From NCBI GenBank assembly GCA_031411395.1, contig JANOAZ010000201.1, positions 15,096-79,095 of the forward strand: a DNA stretch of 64,000 bases, written 5' to 3'. This stretch comes from Chthoniobacteraceae bacterium. Its GTDB lineage: Bacteria > Verrucomicrobiota > Verrucomicrobiia > Chthoniobacterales > Chthoniobacteraceae. Shown here in pieces: positions 22,308-30,279 of the stretch; positions within the stretch are counted from its first letter, which is position 1, and every line of letters begins with the position of its first letter. The notes under the pieces were generated by a model. It did not search any database. It had not been told where the DNA came from and saw only the letters and a program-made list of their open reading frames with translations. Both the position numbers and the translations under genes were made by a program.

Positions 22308-22472
22308 CTACCTGCTCTTTGATCCGCGAAGTTTACCGACGAGCCACATCGCCAGCATCAACATTGCGGCGATCCAAAGGAGATGGAGAAGGCCACTGGT
22401 GACCGCGAGAGCCACTTTGAGCACGGCCCACAGGATCAAGAGGACGACGGCGAATGCGGCAATGGCGTTCAT
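22308..22472 (-). CDS. Small two-helix membrane protein (54 aa)
   Basis: MNAIAAFAVVLLILWAVLKVALAVTSGLLHLLWIAAMLMLAMWLVGKLRGSKSR. Confidence 0.65.
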   Translation of the reverse strand: MNAIAAFAVVLLILWAVLKVALAVTSGLLHLLWIAAMLMLAMWLVGKLRGSKSR

Positions 22473-22556
22473 GTCGAATGGATCGGCTTCGGGCCTCCCG
22501 GTGGGGGTATCGAGGTCGATGAACAATCCCGGGGTGAAGGCGTCAAAGATGACGCC

Positions 22557-22751
22557 ATGTCTGAAAGCACATTTCCAATCGAGTTTATCGGTGGCAGCAG
22601 AGATGGAGAGATCGTTGAGGTGACTGTTCCACCTGATCATTTTGAGGTGCACGTCGGCGGTGCGCTGAAGGAGATTTACGAACGGCAGACCAACGCGCCG
22701 CCGTTTGTTTACGTCCAGATCGGGTACGCAGAGAACGAGACTTGGAAATAG
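22557..22751 (+). CDS. Small hypothetical protein (64 aa)
   Basis: MSESTFPIEFIGGSRDGEIV...; globular composition, F-x-GG-x-x-DG motif. Confidence 0.6.
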   Translation: MSESTFPIEFIGGSRDGEIVEVTVPPDHFEVHVGGALKEIYERQTNAPPFVYVQIGYAENETWK

Positions 22752-22889
22752 TCAAAAGACGATGGGGCGCTGCGCCCCAGGGGATTCCGTCCAGGCCGGC
22801 GAACGATCGACGATTCTTCCTCCAGGCGCAGCGCGTCCGCAGCGGCTTGTCCTTTCCACCGTCCCCGCCATCGGCCAGTCTCCGCCTGC

Positions 22890-24176
22890 ATGCCGGAACG
22901 CCCATCCTCCGTCCGCCACTGGATCATCACCGCCACGACGCTCGCGGCGTTCCTCATGTATCTGGATCGCGCGTGTCTCGCGTGGATGCTGGATTCGGAT
23001 TCCTTCAAGGCCGATCTGCCGCTGAGCAAGGACGAGGCGAACAATTTGAAGAGCGCTTTTTTCTGGGCCTACGCGCTCGCGCAGGTGCCCGCGGGCTGGC
23101 TCGCCGAGCGGTTCGGCAAGCGCACCTTGATGACCGTGCTGATCCTGCTTTGGAGCGGCTTCACGGCGCTTACCGGGTTTTCCAATGGCCTGCTCATGCT
23201 CTTCGTCGCGCGGATCGGCTGCGGCCTCGCGGAGGCGGGAGCCTATCCGATCAGCGGGAGTTTGCTCAGCCGCTGGGCGCATTTGAATTGGCGCGGTTTC
23301 TCCAGCGGGATCGTCTCCCTCGGCGGCCGGCTCGGCTTCGTCCTTGCGCCGTTGATCACGGTGAAAATCATCCTGCTCTCGGGCAGTTGGCGCTGGGCGG
23401 GTTGGGCTTATGGCCTCGTCGGTCTCCTCGTCGCGTGGATCTTCTGGATCACTTTCCGCGAAACGCCGGAGACGCATCCGCGCTGCAATGACCCGGAGCG
23501 CGCGCTGCTGAGCGAGGGCCGCGATCCTTCCACGAAACCCAGCGCGGGCGCCCGTTACCGTTTCCCGTGGCGCGCGGTGCTCACCGACCGCAGCCTGTGG
23601 CTGATGTGCGCCTACCAGATGCTCACGAATTTCGGCTGGGCCTTCGTCATCAATTCCATGTCCACCTACCTGCGCGACGTGCGGCACTTGAGCGACGCGA
23701 TGAATGGCACCATCTCCACGCTCACGCTTTTCATCGGGCTCTTCGGGCTCCTGCTTGGCGGGTTGGTCACGGATTTGCTGACGCGAAAATTTGGCCTGCG
23801 CCTCGGCCGTCTCCTGCCGCTTTCCATCACGCGCTTTGTCTCCGCCGGGATGTGCCTCGCCTGCCTCTGGGTGCAGAGTCCGTGGATGCTCGCCGTCTGT
23901 CTCGGGCTGATGGTCTTTTCCACCGACTCCGCGCTGCCCGCGGTCTGGGCGTGGGCCCAGGATGTGGGCGGGCGCAACGTCGCCCCGATCTTCGGGTGGG
24001 CGAATATGTGGGGAAATTTCGGCGCTGCGTTGCAGGCCAATCTCGCCGGCTGGCTGCTCGCCACCTTCGACAAGAACGGCGATCAGCAGGAACTCTTCAT
24101 CGCCTGCGCGATCGCGTTCACGCTCGCGGGCGTGCTCTCCTTTGGGATCAACGCGGCGAAGCAGGTGGAAGCGTAA
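22890..24176 (+). CDS. MFS transporter (anion:cation symporter-like, sugar acid)
   Basis: YLDR, AFFWAYALAQVPAGWLAERFG, RIGCGLAEAGAYP, ANMWGNFG; about 12 hydrophobic segments. Confidence 0.9.
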   Translation: MPERPSSVRHWIITATTLAAFLMYLDRACLAWMLDSDSFKADLPLSKDEANNLKSAFFWAYALAQVPAGWLAERFGKRTLMTVLILLWSGFTALTGFSNGLLMLFVARIGCGLAEAGAYPISGSLLSRWAHLNWRGFSSGIVSLGGRLGFVLAPLITVKIILLSGSWRWAGWAYGLVGLLVAWIFWITFRETPETHPRCNDPERALLSEGRDPSTKPSAGARYRFPWRAVLTDRSLWLMCAYQMLTNFGWAFVINSMSTYLRDVRHLSDAMNGTISTLTLFIGLFGLLLGGLVTDLLTRKFGLRLGRLLPLSITRFVSAGMCLACLWVQSPWMLAVCLGLMVFSTDSALPAVWAWAQDVGGRNVAPIFGWANMWGNFGAALQANLAGWLLATFDKNGDQQELFIACAIAFTLAGVLSFGINAAKQVEA

Positions 24177-24213
24177 CCCGGCACGCGGGGCGGTGTCCCC
24201 TCAGCCGGAACAA

Positions 24214-24386
24214 TGCAGTTGAGCCGCAGATGGACGCAGATGAAACGGAGATGGGAAACAGGGGGCGTAGGGCAATCGGCACGCGTGAGCGCGATACCCG
24301 AAAGGTGATCTCATTTTCCCCCCGCTATCCTCTCCGCCTCCGCATCTGCGCTCATCTGCGTTCATCTGCGGCTCATTCCAACTGCA
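24214..24386. repeat. Inverted element with 10-bp tandem units (CGCAGATGRA)
   Basis: Left arm tgcagttg-agccgcagat-ggacgcagat-gaaacggagat; right arm catctgcgct-catctgcgtt-catctgcggctca...caactgca. Confidence 0.8.
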
Positions 24387-24396
24387 GGGATACGGC

Positions 24397-24753
24397 TCAG
24401 TACTCCTCGGGCGGCTCCTCGGCTTCGTCGGTCAGCGCCTTGGTCAGCGATTCCTGGAACATCAGGAAGCGCTTGGTGACGAAGAGCGGATCGCGCTGCT
24501 CGCGGGCATCGACGTAGGACTCGATGAATTCCTCGATCGTCATTTCCTCGTACTCTTCCGGATCGGTTTCCCAGAGCCGGTCCGCAAAGGAAACCTTGTG
24601 CGTGGCCTCGAAGCAGCAGAGCGCGAGTTCGAAATCGAGGTCGTCGAATTCATCGCAAAAGATCTCCGCGATCTTCGTCGTGGAGTCGCACTGGATCAGG
24701 TCATCGCTGATGAAGTGGAGGATGCTGATGAATGACGTGATGAAGTAATTCAT
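24397..24753 (-). CDS. Acidic hypothetical protein with acyl-carrier-protein-like pattern
   Basis: MNYFITSF...FDDLDFELALCCFEATHKVSFAD...MTIEEFI. Confidence 0.75.
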   Translation of the reverse strand: MNYFITSFISILHFISDDLIQCDSTTKIAEIFCDEFDDLDFELALCCFEATHKVSFADRLWETDPEEYEEMTIEEFIESYVDAREQRDPLFVTKRFLMFQESLTKALTDEAEEPPEEY

Positions 24754-24792
24754 GGAATCATCGCGGCGCGGCGGGCGATACGGCATCGCGGC

Positions 24793-25323
24793 TCACTTTT
24801 TCGCAGGAAGTGCGGCGGTGATGAACTCGATGAACTTTGCCCGCAAGCCTTTCACCAACGGTGCGGGGCCGGTCGTCTTGACGAAGACGCTCCCCTCCGC
24901 GGATTCGATGATCGCACCGAGGAGCGCGGCATTTTCCACCACCGCGGCGGGGCCACCCGGCATCCCGCCGCTGAAGGTGCCCTCGGTGGTGACGATCGTG
25001 ACCTTCGTTCCCGCGATCTCCTGCGGCTCGATCTTCGACGCACCTTCCGGGCTTTTGAATTGCGAGAGCCAGCGCTGCGCATTGGACGCGACGTCGCCGC
25101 CGCCGCCCGCGCCGAAATGAAAGAACGTGATGTCCGCGCTCTGCTCGGCGGTGGCGCCTGGCACCTTGAGCTGCGCCTTGCGCATCGGCGAAGTGACCTC
25201 GACCCACTTCCAATCTGCCGGGCGGGTGAACTTCAATCCGCCGACCTCGAAGGTCGCGGGATCTTCGGCGCGTGCGGAGACGGTGGTGAACAGCGCGATG
25301 GCGAGCAGGGCGAGGGATTTCAT
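24793..25323 (-). CDS. Secreted hypothetical protein
   Basis: Signal peptide (ARA|EDP); SPMRKAQL, FFHFGAGGGGDVASNAQRWLSQF, FVKTTGP. Confidence 0.8.
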   Translation of the reverse strand: MKSLALLAIALFTTVSARAEDPATFEVGGLKFTRPADWKWVEVTSPMRKAQLKVPGATAEQSADITFFHFGAGGGGDVASNAQRWLSQFKSPEGASKIEPQEIAGTKVTIVTTEGTFSGGMPGGPAAVVENAALLGAIIESAEGSVFVKTTGPAPLVKGLRAKFIEFITAALPAKK

Positions 25324-25377
25324 GCGGCCAGCTTGTAGAACGGGCCTCCGCGTCGCGCAAGGCCCGGCGCGGCGAAT

Positions 25378-26319
25378 TCAGCGCGGCACCGGCAGGGCGC
25401 GAATCTGTGCGGCAAGCGCCGCGGCTTGCGCCTGCGCCTCGGGGAGCGGAAGGCCTTTCGACATTCCGGGGCGAAGATGCCCAGTCTCGTTCAGCCACGC
25501 GTCGGTTAGGATGCGACCGCGCTTGCGGACTTTCGTCGCGAAGTCCCTGCCTTCCGAGCTCGATGGCCAGTCGCCCGCGAGCAGCTTGCGAAAGTGGGCG
25601 AGCCCTTTCGGATCCAGCGCGGCGAGCAAGGCGTCGCCGATCACGACGTGGCCGGCTTCGTTCGGATGCACGCGGTCTTTGGAGAAAGTGAACGTGGGAT
25701 CGCTCTTGCGGCGTTCATCGATTGCGGCAGACATCGGGCCGTGGAGATCGATGACCTCCCAGCCCTTTCCACGCTGCTCGATCAGCCACGCGGCATAACG
25801 CGCGAGCACCGCATCGTAGCTGGCGGCGCGATCCTCGGGCGGCGTCGGATCGAAAACCGGCGGCGTGAGATGGACGATGTAGGCGCCGAACTTGACCACT
25901 TCGTCGTGAAGCCGGCGCATGCCTTCCTGGAACTTGCCGAAGCGATCCTCCGCGAGCGGCAGGTAGATGCCGTCATTCATCCCGTAGCACGCGAAGACGA
26001 GTTCCGGCTTCACCTTCGCCAGCACGCGGCCGAGTCGCTCGTGCAGATCGGGACGCGGGAATTTTCCGCCCGCGTGACCTTCCTCGCTGAGACCCGAAAC
26101 CGTTTCGCTCGGAAGTCCGCAGTTGATGACCTCGAACTTTTCTCCCGGGTACTGCGTGAAAAGAAACATCTCGAAGCGGTCCACGTAATGGCCCGCGTAA
26201 GTGATGCTATCTCCCAGAAACAGGATGCGCCGGGCGCCGTGGAGAAAGTCACCCGCGTCGGCGGGACGCGGCGCGCCGAGACAGCAGGCGAGAACCGCGA
26301 GCAGCGGGAGAATCTTCAT
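25378..26319 (-). CDS. SGNH/GDSL hydrolase family protein
   Basis: FLGDSIT, CYGMNDG, DRVHPNEAGH; signal peptide. Confidence 0.9.
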   Translation of the reverse strand: MKILPLLAVLACCLGAPRPADAGDFLHGARRILFLGDSITYAGHYVDRFEMFLFTQYPGEKFEVINCGLPSETVSGLSEEGHAGGKFPRPDLHERLGRVLAKVKPELVFACYGMNDGIYLPLAEDRFGKFQEGMRRLHDEVVKFGAYIVHLTPPVFDPTPPEDRAASYDAVLARYAAWLIEQRGKGWEVIDLHGPMSAAIDERRKSDPTFTFSKDRVHPNEAGHVVIGDALLAALDPKGLAHFRKLLAGDWPSSSEGRDFATKVRKRGRILTDAWLNETGHLRPGMSKGLPLPEAQAQAAALAAQIRALPVPR

Positions 26320-26334
26320 GGTGAAAAATGGGGG

Positions 26335-27342
26335 TTACTGAACGGAGGGATTCGGTTCCGCGCTGCCATCGGCCAACCCGAGCGCCCACTTGATCCCGCC
26401 GAGGATGTGCGCCTGAAATTGTTTGCTGATCTCCGGCGTATTCACGCGGCCTTTCATGTCCGGGTCCTCGCTCCACAAATCTTCCCGGTGCCCGAGCGAG
26501 GTGTAGAAGATACGCCCCTTGCCATCCATCCGGCACCAGCTCACGGGATTGTAACCGGCATTCGCCGGATCGACGGGATGATGCCGCAGGAACCACAGCG
26601 CGCGCAGCTTCGCCCGGTCGTGGCTGCCGTCTTTGAACTCGTACACTTCCTCCTGCTTGATGTCCCACTTGGCGCCGATCCCTCCATTGGCCGGATGCTT
26701 CACATCGCCCGCCACGAGGTCCGCCGGCACCTGCTTTCCGTGGGTCTTGAACTCCGCCTGGATCATCTGCTTGTAGCCATCGAATTGATGAAAGGTGTCA
26801 CTCGCCGAATGCATGCCCATGAAGGCGTGCCCATCCTGCACCCACTTCACGAACCCCTCCTTGTCGGGCAGCGGCAGATCGCCCGTGGTATTGGCGAAGA
26901 TCACGCCATCGATCTTCTTCGCCGCGAGATTCGCCGGGCTGAGCGCCTCGAGCGCGATCTTCACCGCGGCGTCGAATTTCTTCTGCGCATCCTTCGCCTG
27001 CGCATCCACTTCCGGCGTCCATTTCGCCAGCTCCGCTTCATATTTCTGCATGTCTTTTGCGTAGCGTTCCTTCGCCTTGTCGTCGGCCTCCTTCGCGAGA
27101 TCCTTCGGCTTGTTTGGCTTGCGAGGCACCTGGATTTCCGGCTGGCGGACGAACTCGACGATGGTGAACGCCTTCGATTCCGCGCCGAGTTTCTCCAGCG
27201 TCTTTTCCGCGAAAGGAATCGAGCTATGGCGGAAGCCGGTGGTGACCGTGCAGACGACGATTTTTTTCGGCTCGGCCGCGCGGGTGTGGAAGGCCGGCGC
27301 GAGCGCGGCGATGGCGATGAGGATGGGAAGGATGCGTTTCAT
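26335..27342 (-). CDS. ThuA domain-containing secreted protein
   Basis: TTGFRHSSI, FANTTGDLP, GMHSASDT, GRIFYTSLGH. Confidence 0.88.
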   Translation of the reverse strand: MKRILPILIAIAALAPAFHTRAAEPKKIVVCTVTTGFRHSSIPFAEKTLEKLGAESKAFTIVEFVRQPEIQVPRKPNKPKDLAKEADDKAKERYAKDMQKYEAELAKWTPEVDAQAKDAQKKFDAAVKIALEALSPANLAAKKIDGVIFANTTGDLPLPDKEGFVKWVQDGHAFMGMHSASDTFHQFDGYKQMIQAEFKTHGKQVPADLVAGDVKHPANGGIGAKWDIKQEEVYEFKDGSHDRAKLRALWFLRHHPVDPANAGYNPVSWCRMDGKGRIFYTSLGHREDLWSEDPDMKGRVNTPEISKQFQAHILGGIKWALGLADGSAEPNPSVQ

Positions 27343-27457
27343 GGGGAAGGGAGTGGGACGGCGGATCGGGGGGACGCGACCGCTAGTCTTTATCCGGCGC
27401 TGTGTCGATGAATTAGGCCGTTCCCGTTTGCGGTCCGCCGCGATAGAGTCGGCGCCG

Positions 27458-27907
27458 ATGAATGTCCTGCCGTGCCGCGATTGCGCCGTACCAGTGAGCC
27501 TCGATGCCGTGACCTGCCCGCAGTGCGGCGCCCCGCGTCCCGCCTCGCGCGAATGGAACGGCGAAGGCTACGAGTGGAAATCCGCCACGAGCCTCGCCGG
27601 CTGGCCCCTCGTCCACGTCGCCTTCGGCATCGACCGTGCGGGGAAGGTGCGCACCGCCCGCGGGATCATCGCCATCGGGCAGCGGGCGATCGGCGGTCTC
27701 GCCATCGGCATCCTCGCGCTGGGTGTGGTCTCTTGCGGGGTTGTGTGCGCCGGCGCGGCATCGTTTGGCGTGGTCGCCGCAGGACTGGCCCTGGCGTGTG
27801 GGGTGAATGCGGTCGCGCCGATTGCTTTCGGGGTCGTGGCCATGGGGGTCGTGGCAGGCGGTGTCCAGGCCATCGGCTGGAAGATCCTCTTTTCCGTCGC
27901 GCGCTGA
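27458..27907 (+). CDS. Zinc-ribbon membrane protein
   Basis: CRDC...CPQCG followed by YEWKS...GWPLVHVAFG...ARGIIAIG and a Gly-rich hydrophobic C-terminus. Confidence 0.75.
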   Translation: MNVLPCRDCAVPVSLDAVTCPQCGAPRPASREWNGEGYEWKSATSLAGWPLVHVAFGIDRAGKVRTARGIIAIGQRAIGGLAIGILALGVVSCGVVCAGAASFGVVAAGLALACGVNAVAPIAFGVVAMGVVAGGVQAIGWKILFSVAR

Positions 27908-27979
27908 GCGTTGCCGCGACGGCGTGAAAAATTCCATTGGCATCGCTTCGGACGCGGTGCTACTTCTCCCGCTCTTCAC

Positions 27980-28071
27980 GGAAGGGTGGCCGAGTCCGGT
28001 TTAAGGCATACGACTCGAAATCGTACGTTGGGTTAAACCAACCGTGGGTTCGAATCCCACCCCTTCCGCCA
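27980..28071 (+). tRNA. tRNA-Ser (anticodon CGA)
   Basis: GGAAGGG/CCCTTCC acceptor stem, TACGA-ctCGAaa-TCGTA anticodon arm, long variable arm, GTTCGAATC, 3' GCCA. Confidence 0.95.
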
Positions 28072-28114
28072 ATGTCCCTCAGAAGGCGTCTAAAAAGTCC
28101 GAAGGGCGCCCGCC

Positions 28115-28193
28115 TCTTACTCTTTGTCTTGCTCTTGCTCCTGCTCCTCCGAGCTTCATGAGAGCAAGAGCAGGAGCAAGAGAAAGAGTAAGA
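28115..28193. repeat. Inverted element with hexamer units (CTCYTG / CARGAG)
   Basis: TCTTACTCTTTGTCTTGCTCTTGCTCCTGCTC pairs with AGAGCAAGAGCAGGAGCAAGAGAAAGAGTAAGA. Confidence 0.8.
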
Positions 28194-28278
28194 TTGCCCG
28201 ATTCCGAATTTTTAGACAGCCCCCTCCGAGATGGAGGGCGTTTTGCTCCTCTCCCACCTCACCGACCCGACACCTCCC

Positions 28279-28746
28279 ATGATCCTCGATACCCTGGAGA
28301 ATTCCGCCCGCTACGAATCCCTTTCCGCGCATTTTGCGAAAGCGTTCGCATTCCTCCGCACGGTGGATGGGACGCAGGCGCTGGGGCGGCATGAGATCGA
28401 GGGGGATGACGTGTTCGCGCTGGTGCAGCGGTATGAGACGAAGCCGCTGGCGAGCGCGCTCTTCGAGGCGCATCGGCGGTATATCGATGTGCAGTATCTC
28501 CACTCGGGGCGGGAGACGATTCTCTGGGCGCCGCTGGCTTCCATGAAGGAGGAGACGATGGCGTATGATGCGGCAAAGGAGGCGGCGCTCTTCAAGCTGG
28601 TGCCGGAGGTGACGCCGCTGCACCTGAGCGCGGGGCATTTCGCGGTGCTCTTTCCCGAGGATGCGCACGCGCCGTGTGTGGTGTGGGAGGAGTCGAGCGA
28701 AGTGTTCAAGGTGGTGGTGAAGGTGGCGGTGGCCGGAAATCGCTGA
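28279..28746 (+). CDS. YhcH/YjgK/YiaL family protein
   Basis: MILDTL..., FEAHRRYIDVQY...G.E, FAVLFPEDAHAP, KVVVKV. Confidence 0.9.
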   Translation: MILDTLENSARYESLSAHFAKAFAFLRTVDGTQALGRHEIEGDDVFALVQRYETKPLASALFEAHRRYIDVQYLHSGRETILWAPLASMKEETMAYDAAKEAALFKLVPEVTPLHLSAGHFAVLFPEDAHAPCVVWEESSEVFKVVVKVAVAGNR

Positions 28747-28795
28747 AGAAGGCTAGCGAATGATCGGGTGCCTGGGTTAGCACTGCCATCTCCCC

Positions 28796-30142
28796 ATGCT
28801 CACTCGTTTCCCCCTGACGATTCTCCTCGCGTTCGCGCTGATCCCGGCGGCTGGTGCAGCGGAACCGGCGCGGCCGGTGGGCGTGGCGCGGGTGGATATC
28901 ACCCCGGACTACCCGGTGCGCCTGAGCGGGTACGGGAACCGGCGCGAGGTGACCGCGACGGTGGCGCAACGGCTCTCCGCCAAGGCCCTCGCGATTGGGA
29001 GCGACGAGGATGGGCCGGCGGTGATCGTGACGGTGGATAATGTCGGTGTGCCGCACACGATCCGGACGGAGGTGCTGCGTCGGCTGGTGGGAAAGGCGAA
29101 GCTGGCGCCGGAGCGTTTCGCGATTTCCTCCAGTCACACGCATTGCGCGCCGATGCTCACGGGGGTGGTGCCGAATATCTTCAGCATGGACATCCCGGCG
29201 GAGCATCTGCCGGCGATCGAGCGATACACGGGCGAACTCACGGACAAGATAGAGCAGGTGGTGCTCGCCGCGCTCGCCGACCGCAAGCCGGCGCGGCTCG
29301 CGTGGGGGGTGGGGAAGGTGGGCTTCGCGGCGAATCGGCGGAGCTTTCCGACGAAGCATGTCGATCACGATCTGCCGGTGATGCGGGTGACCGATCTCGA
29401 CGGGAAAGTGCGTGCCGTCTTCACCAGCTACGCGTGTCATTGCACGACGATCGCGTTCAATGTCTTCCATGCCGATTGGGCGGGCGTGGCGCAGCAGGCC
29501 CTAGAGCGGGAATTCCCCGGGGCGATCGCGCTGACCGCGATCGGCTGCGGAGCGGATCAAAATCCGAGTCCCCGGGGCACGATGGAACTGGTGGTGCAAC
29601 ACGGTGAGGCCCTGGCGGGTGAGGCGAAACGGCTGCTCAACGAAAAACTCACGCCGATCACCGCACCGCTCGCGTGCCGCACGAAGGAGATCGAACTGGC
29701 CTTTGCCACGCTGCCGACTCGCGAGGAGTGGCAGGCGCTGGCGGCGTCGAAGGCCGCGAACGTCGCCTACCACGCTCGGAAAAATCTCGCGCGGCTCGAT
29801 CGTGGTGAAACGCTGCCGACGAAGCTGCCTTATCTCGTGCAGACGTGGTCGTTCGGCGAGGAACTGGCGATGGTGTTCCTTCCCGGCGAGGTGGTGGTGG
29901 ACTACGGGCTGCGGCTCAAGCGGGAATACGATCCGGCGCGGCTGTGGGTGAATGGTTATTCCAACGATGTGCCGTGCTACATCCCGTCGCGGCGGGTGCT
30001 GGAGGAAGGCGGATACGAAGGCGGGGGCGCGATGGTCTATTTCGACCGGCCCACGAAATTCGCGCCGGATGTCGAGGAGCGGATCATCGGCGCGGTGCGC
30101 GAACTCATGCCCGCGGGATATGCCGCCGGAGGGAAACCGTAA
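28796..30142 (+). CDS. Neutral/alkaline ceramidase N-terminal-domain-like secreted protein
   Basis: GVARVDITP, LSGYG, SSHTHCAP, YACHCT, GCGADQNP, PGEVVVDYGL, EGGYEG. Confidence 0.82.
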   Translation: MLTRFPLTILLAFALIPAAGAAEPARPVGVARVDITPDYPVRLSGYGNRREVTATVAQRLSAKALAIGSDEDGPAVIVTVDNVGVPHTIRTEVLRRLVGKAKLAPERFAISSSHTHCAPMLTGVVPNIFSMDIPAEHLPAIERYTGELTDKIEQVVLAALADRKPARLAWGVGKVGFAANRRSFPTKHVDHDLPVMRVTDLDGKVRAVFTSYACHCTTIAFNVFHADWAGVAQQALEREFPGAIALTAIGCGADQNPSPRGTMELVVQHGEALAGEAKRLLNEKLTPITAPLACRTKEIELAFATLPTREEWQALAASKAANVAYHARKNLARLDRGETLPTKLPYLVQTWSFGEELAMVFLPGEVVVDYGLRLKREYDPARLWVNGYSNDVPCYIPSRRVLEEGGYEGGGAMVYFDRPTKFAPDVEERIIGAVRELMPAGYAAGGKP

Positions 30143-30174
30143 CTCTCAATGCGATCGCAGGAATTAGGAGACGG

Positions 30175-30235
30175 ACCGCGGATTTACGCGGATTAACGGA
30201 AAGCGTAATCCGCGTTAATCCGCGAAATCCGCGGT
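30175..30235. repeat. Inverted element with 10-bp units (ACGCGGATT core)
   Basis: accgcggatt-tacgcggatt-aacgg ... taatccgcgt-taatccgcga-aatccgcggt. Confidence 0.8.
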
Positions 30236-30279
30236 TCATTTCCGCGCCAACTGATTTTCGTTACACCCCCCAAAAACCT

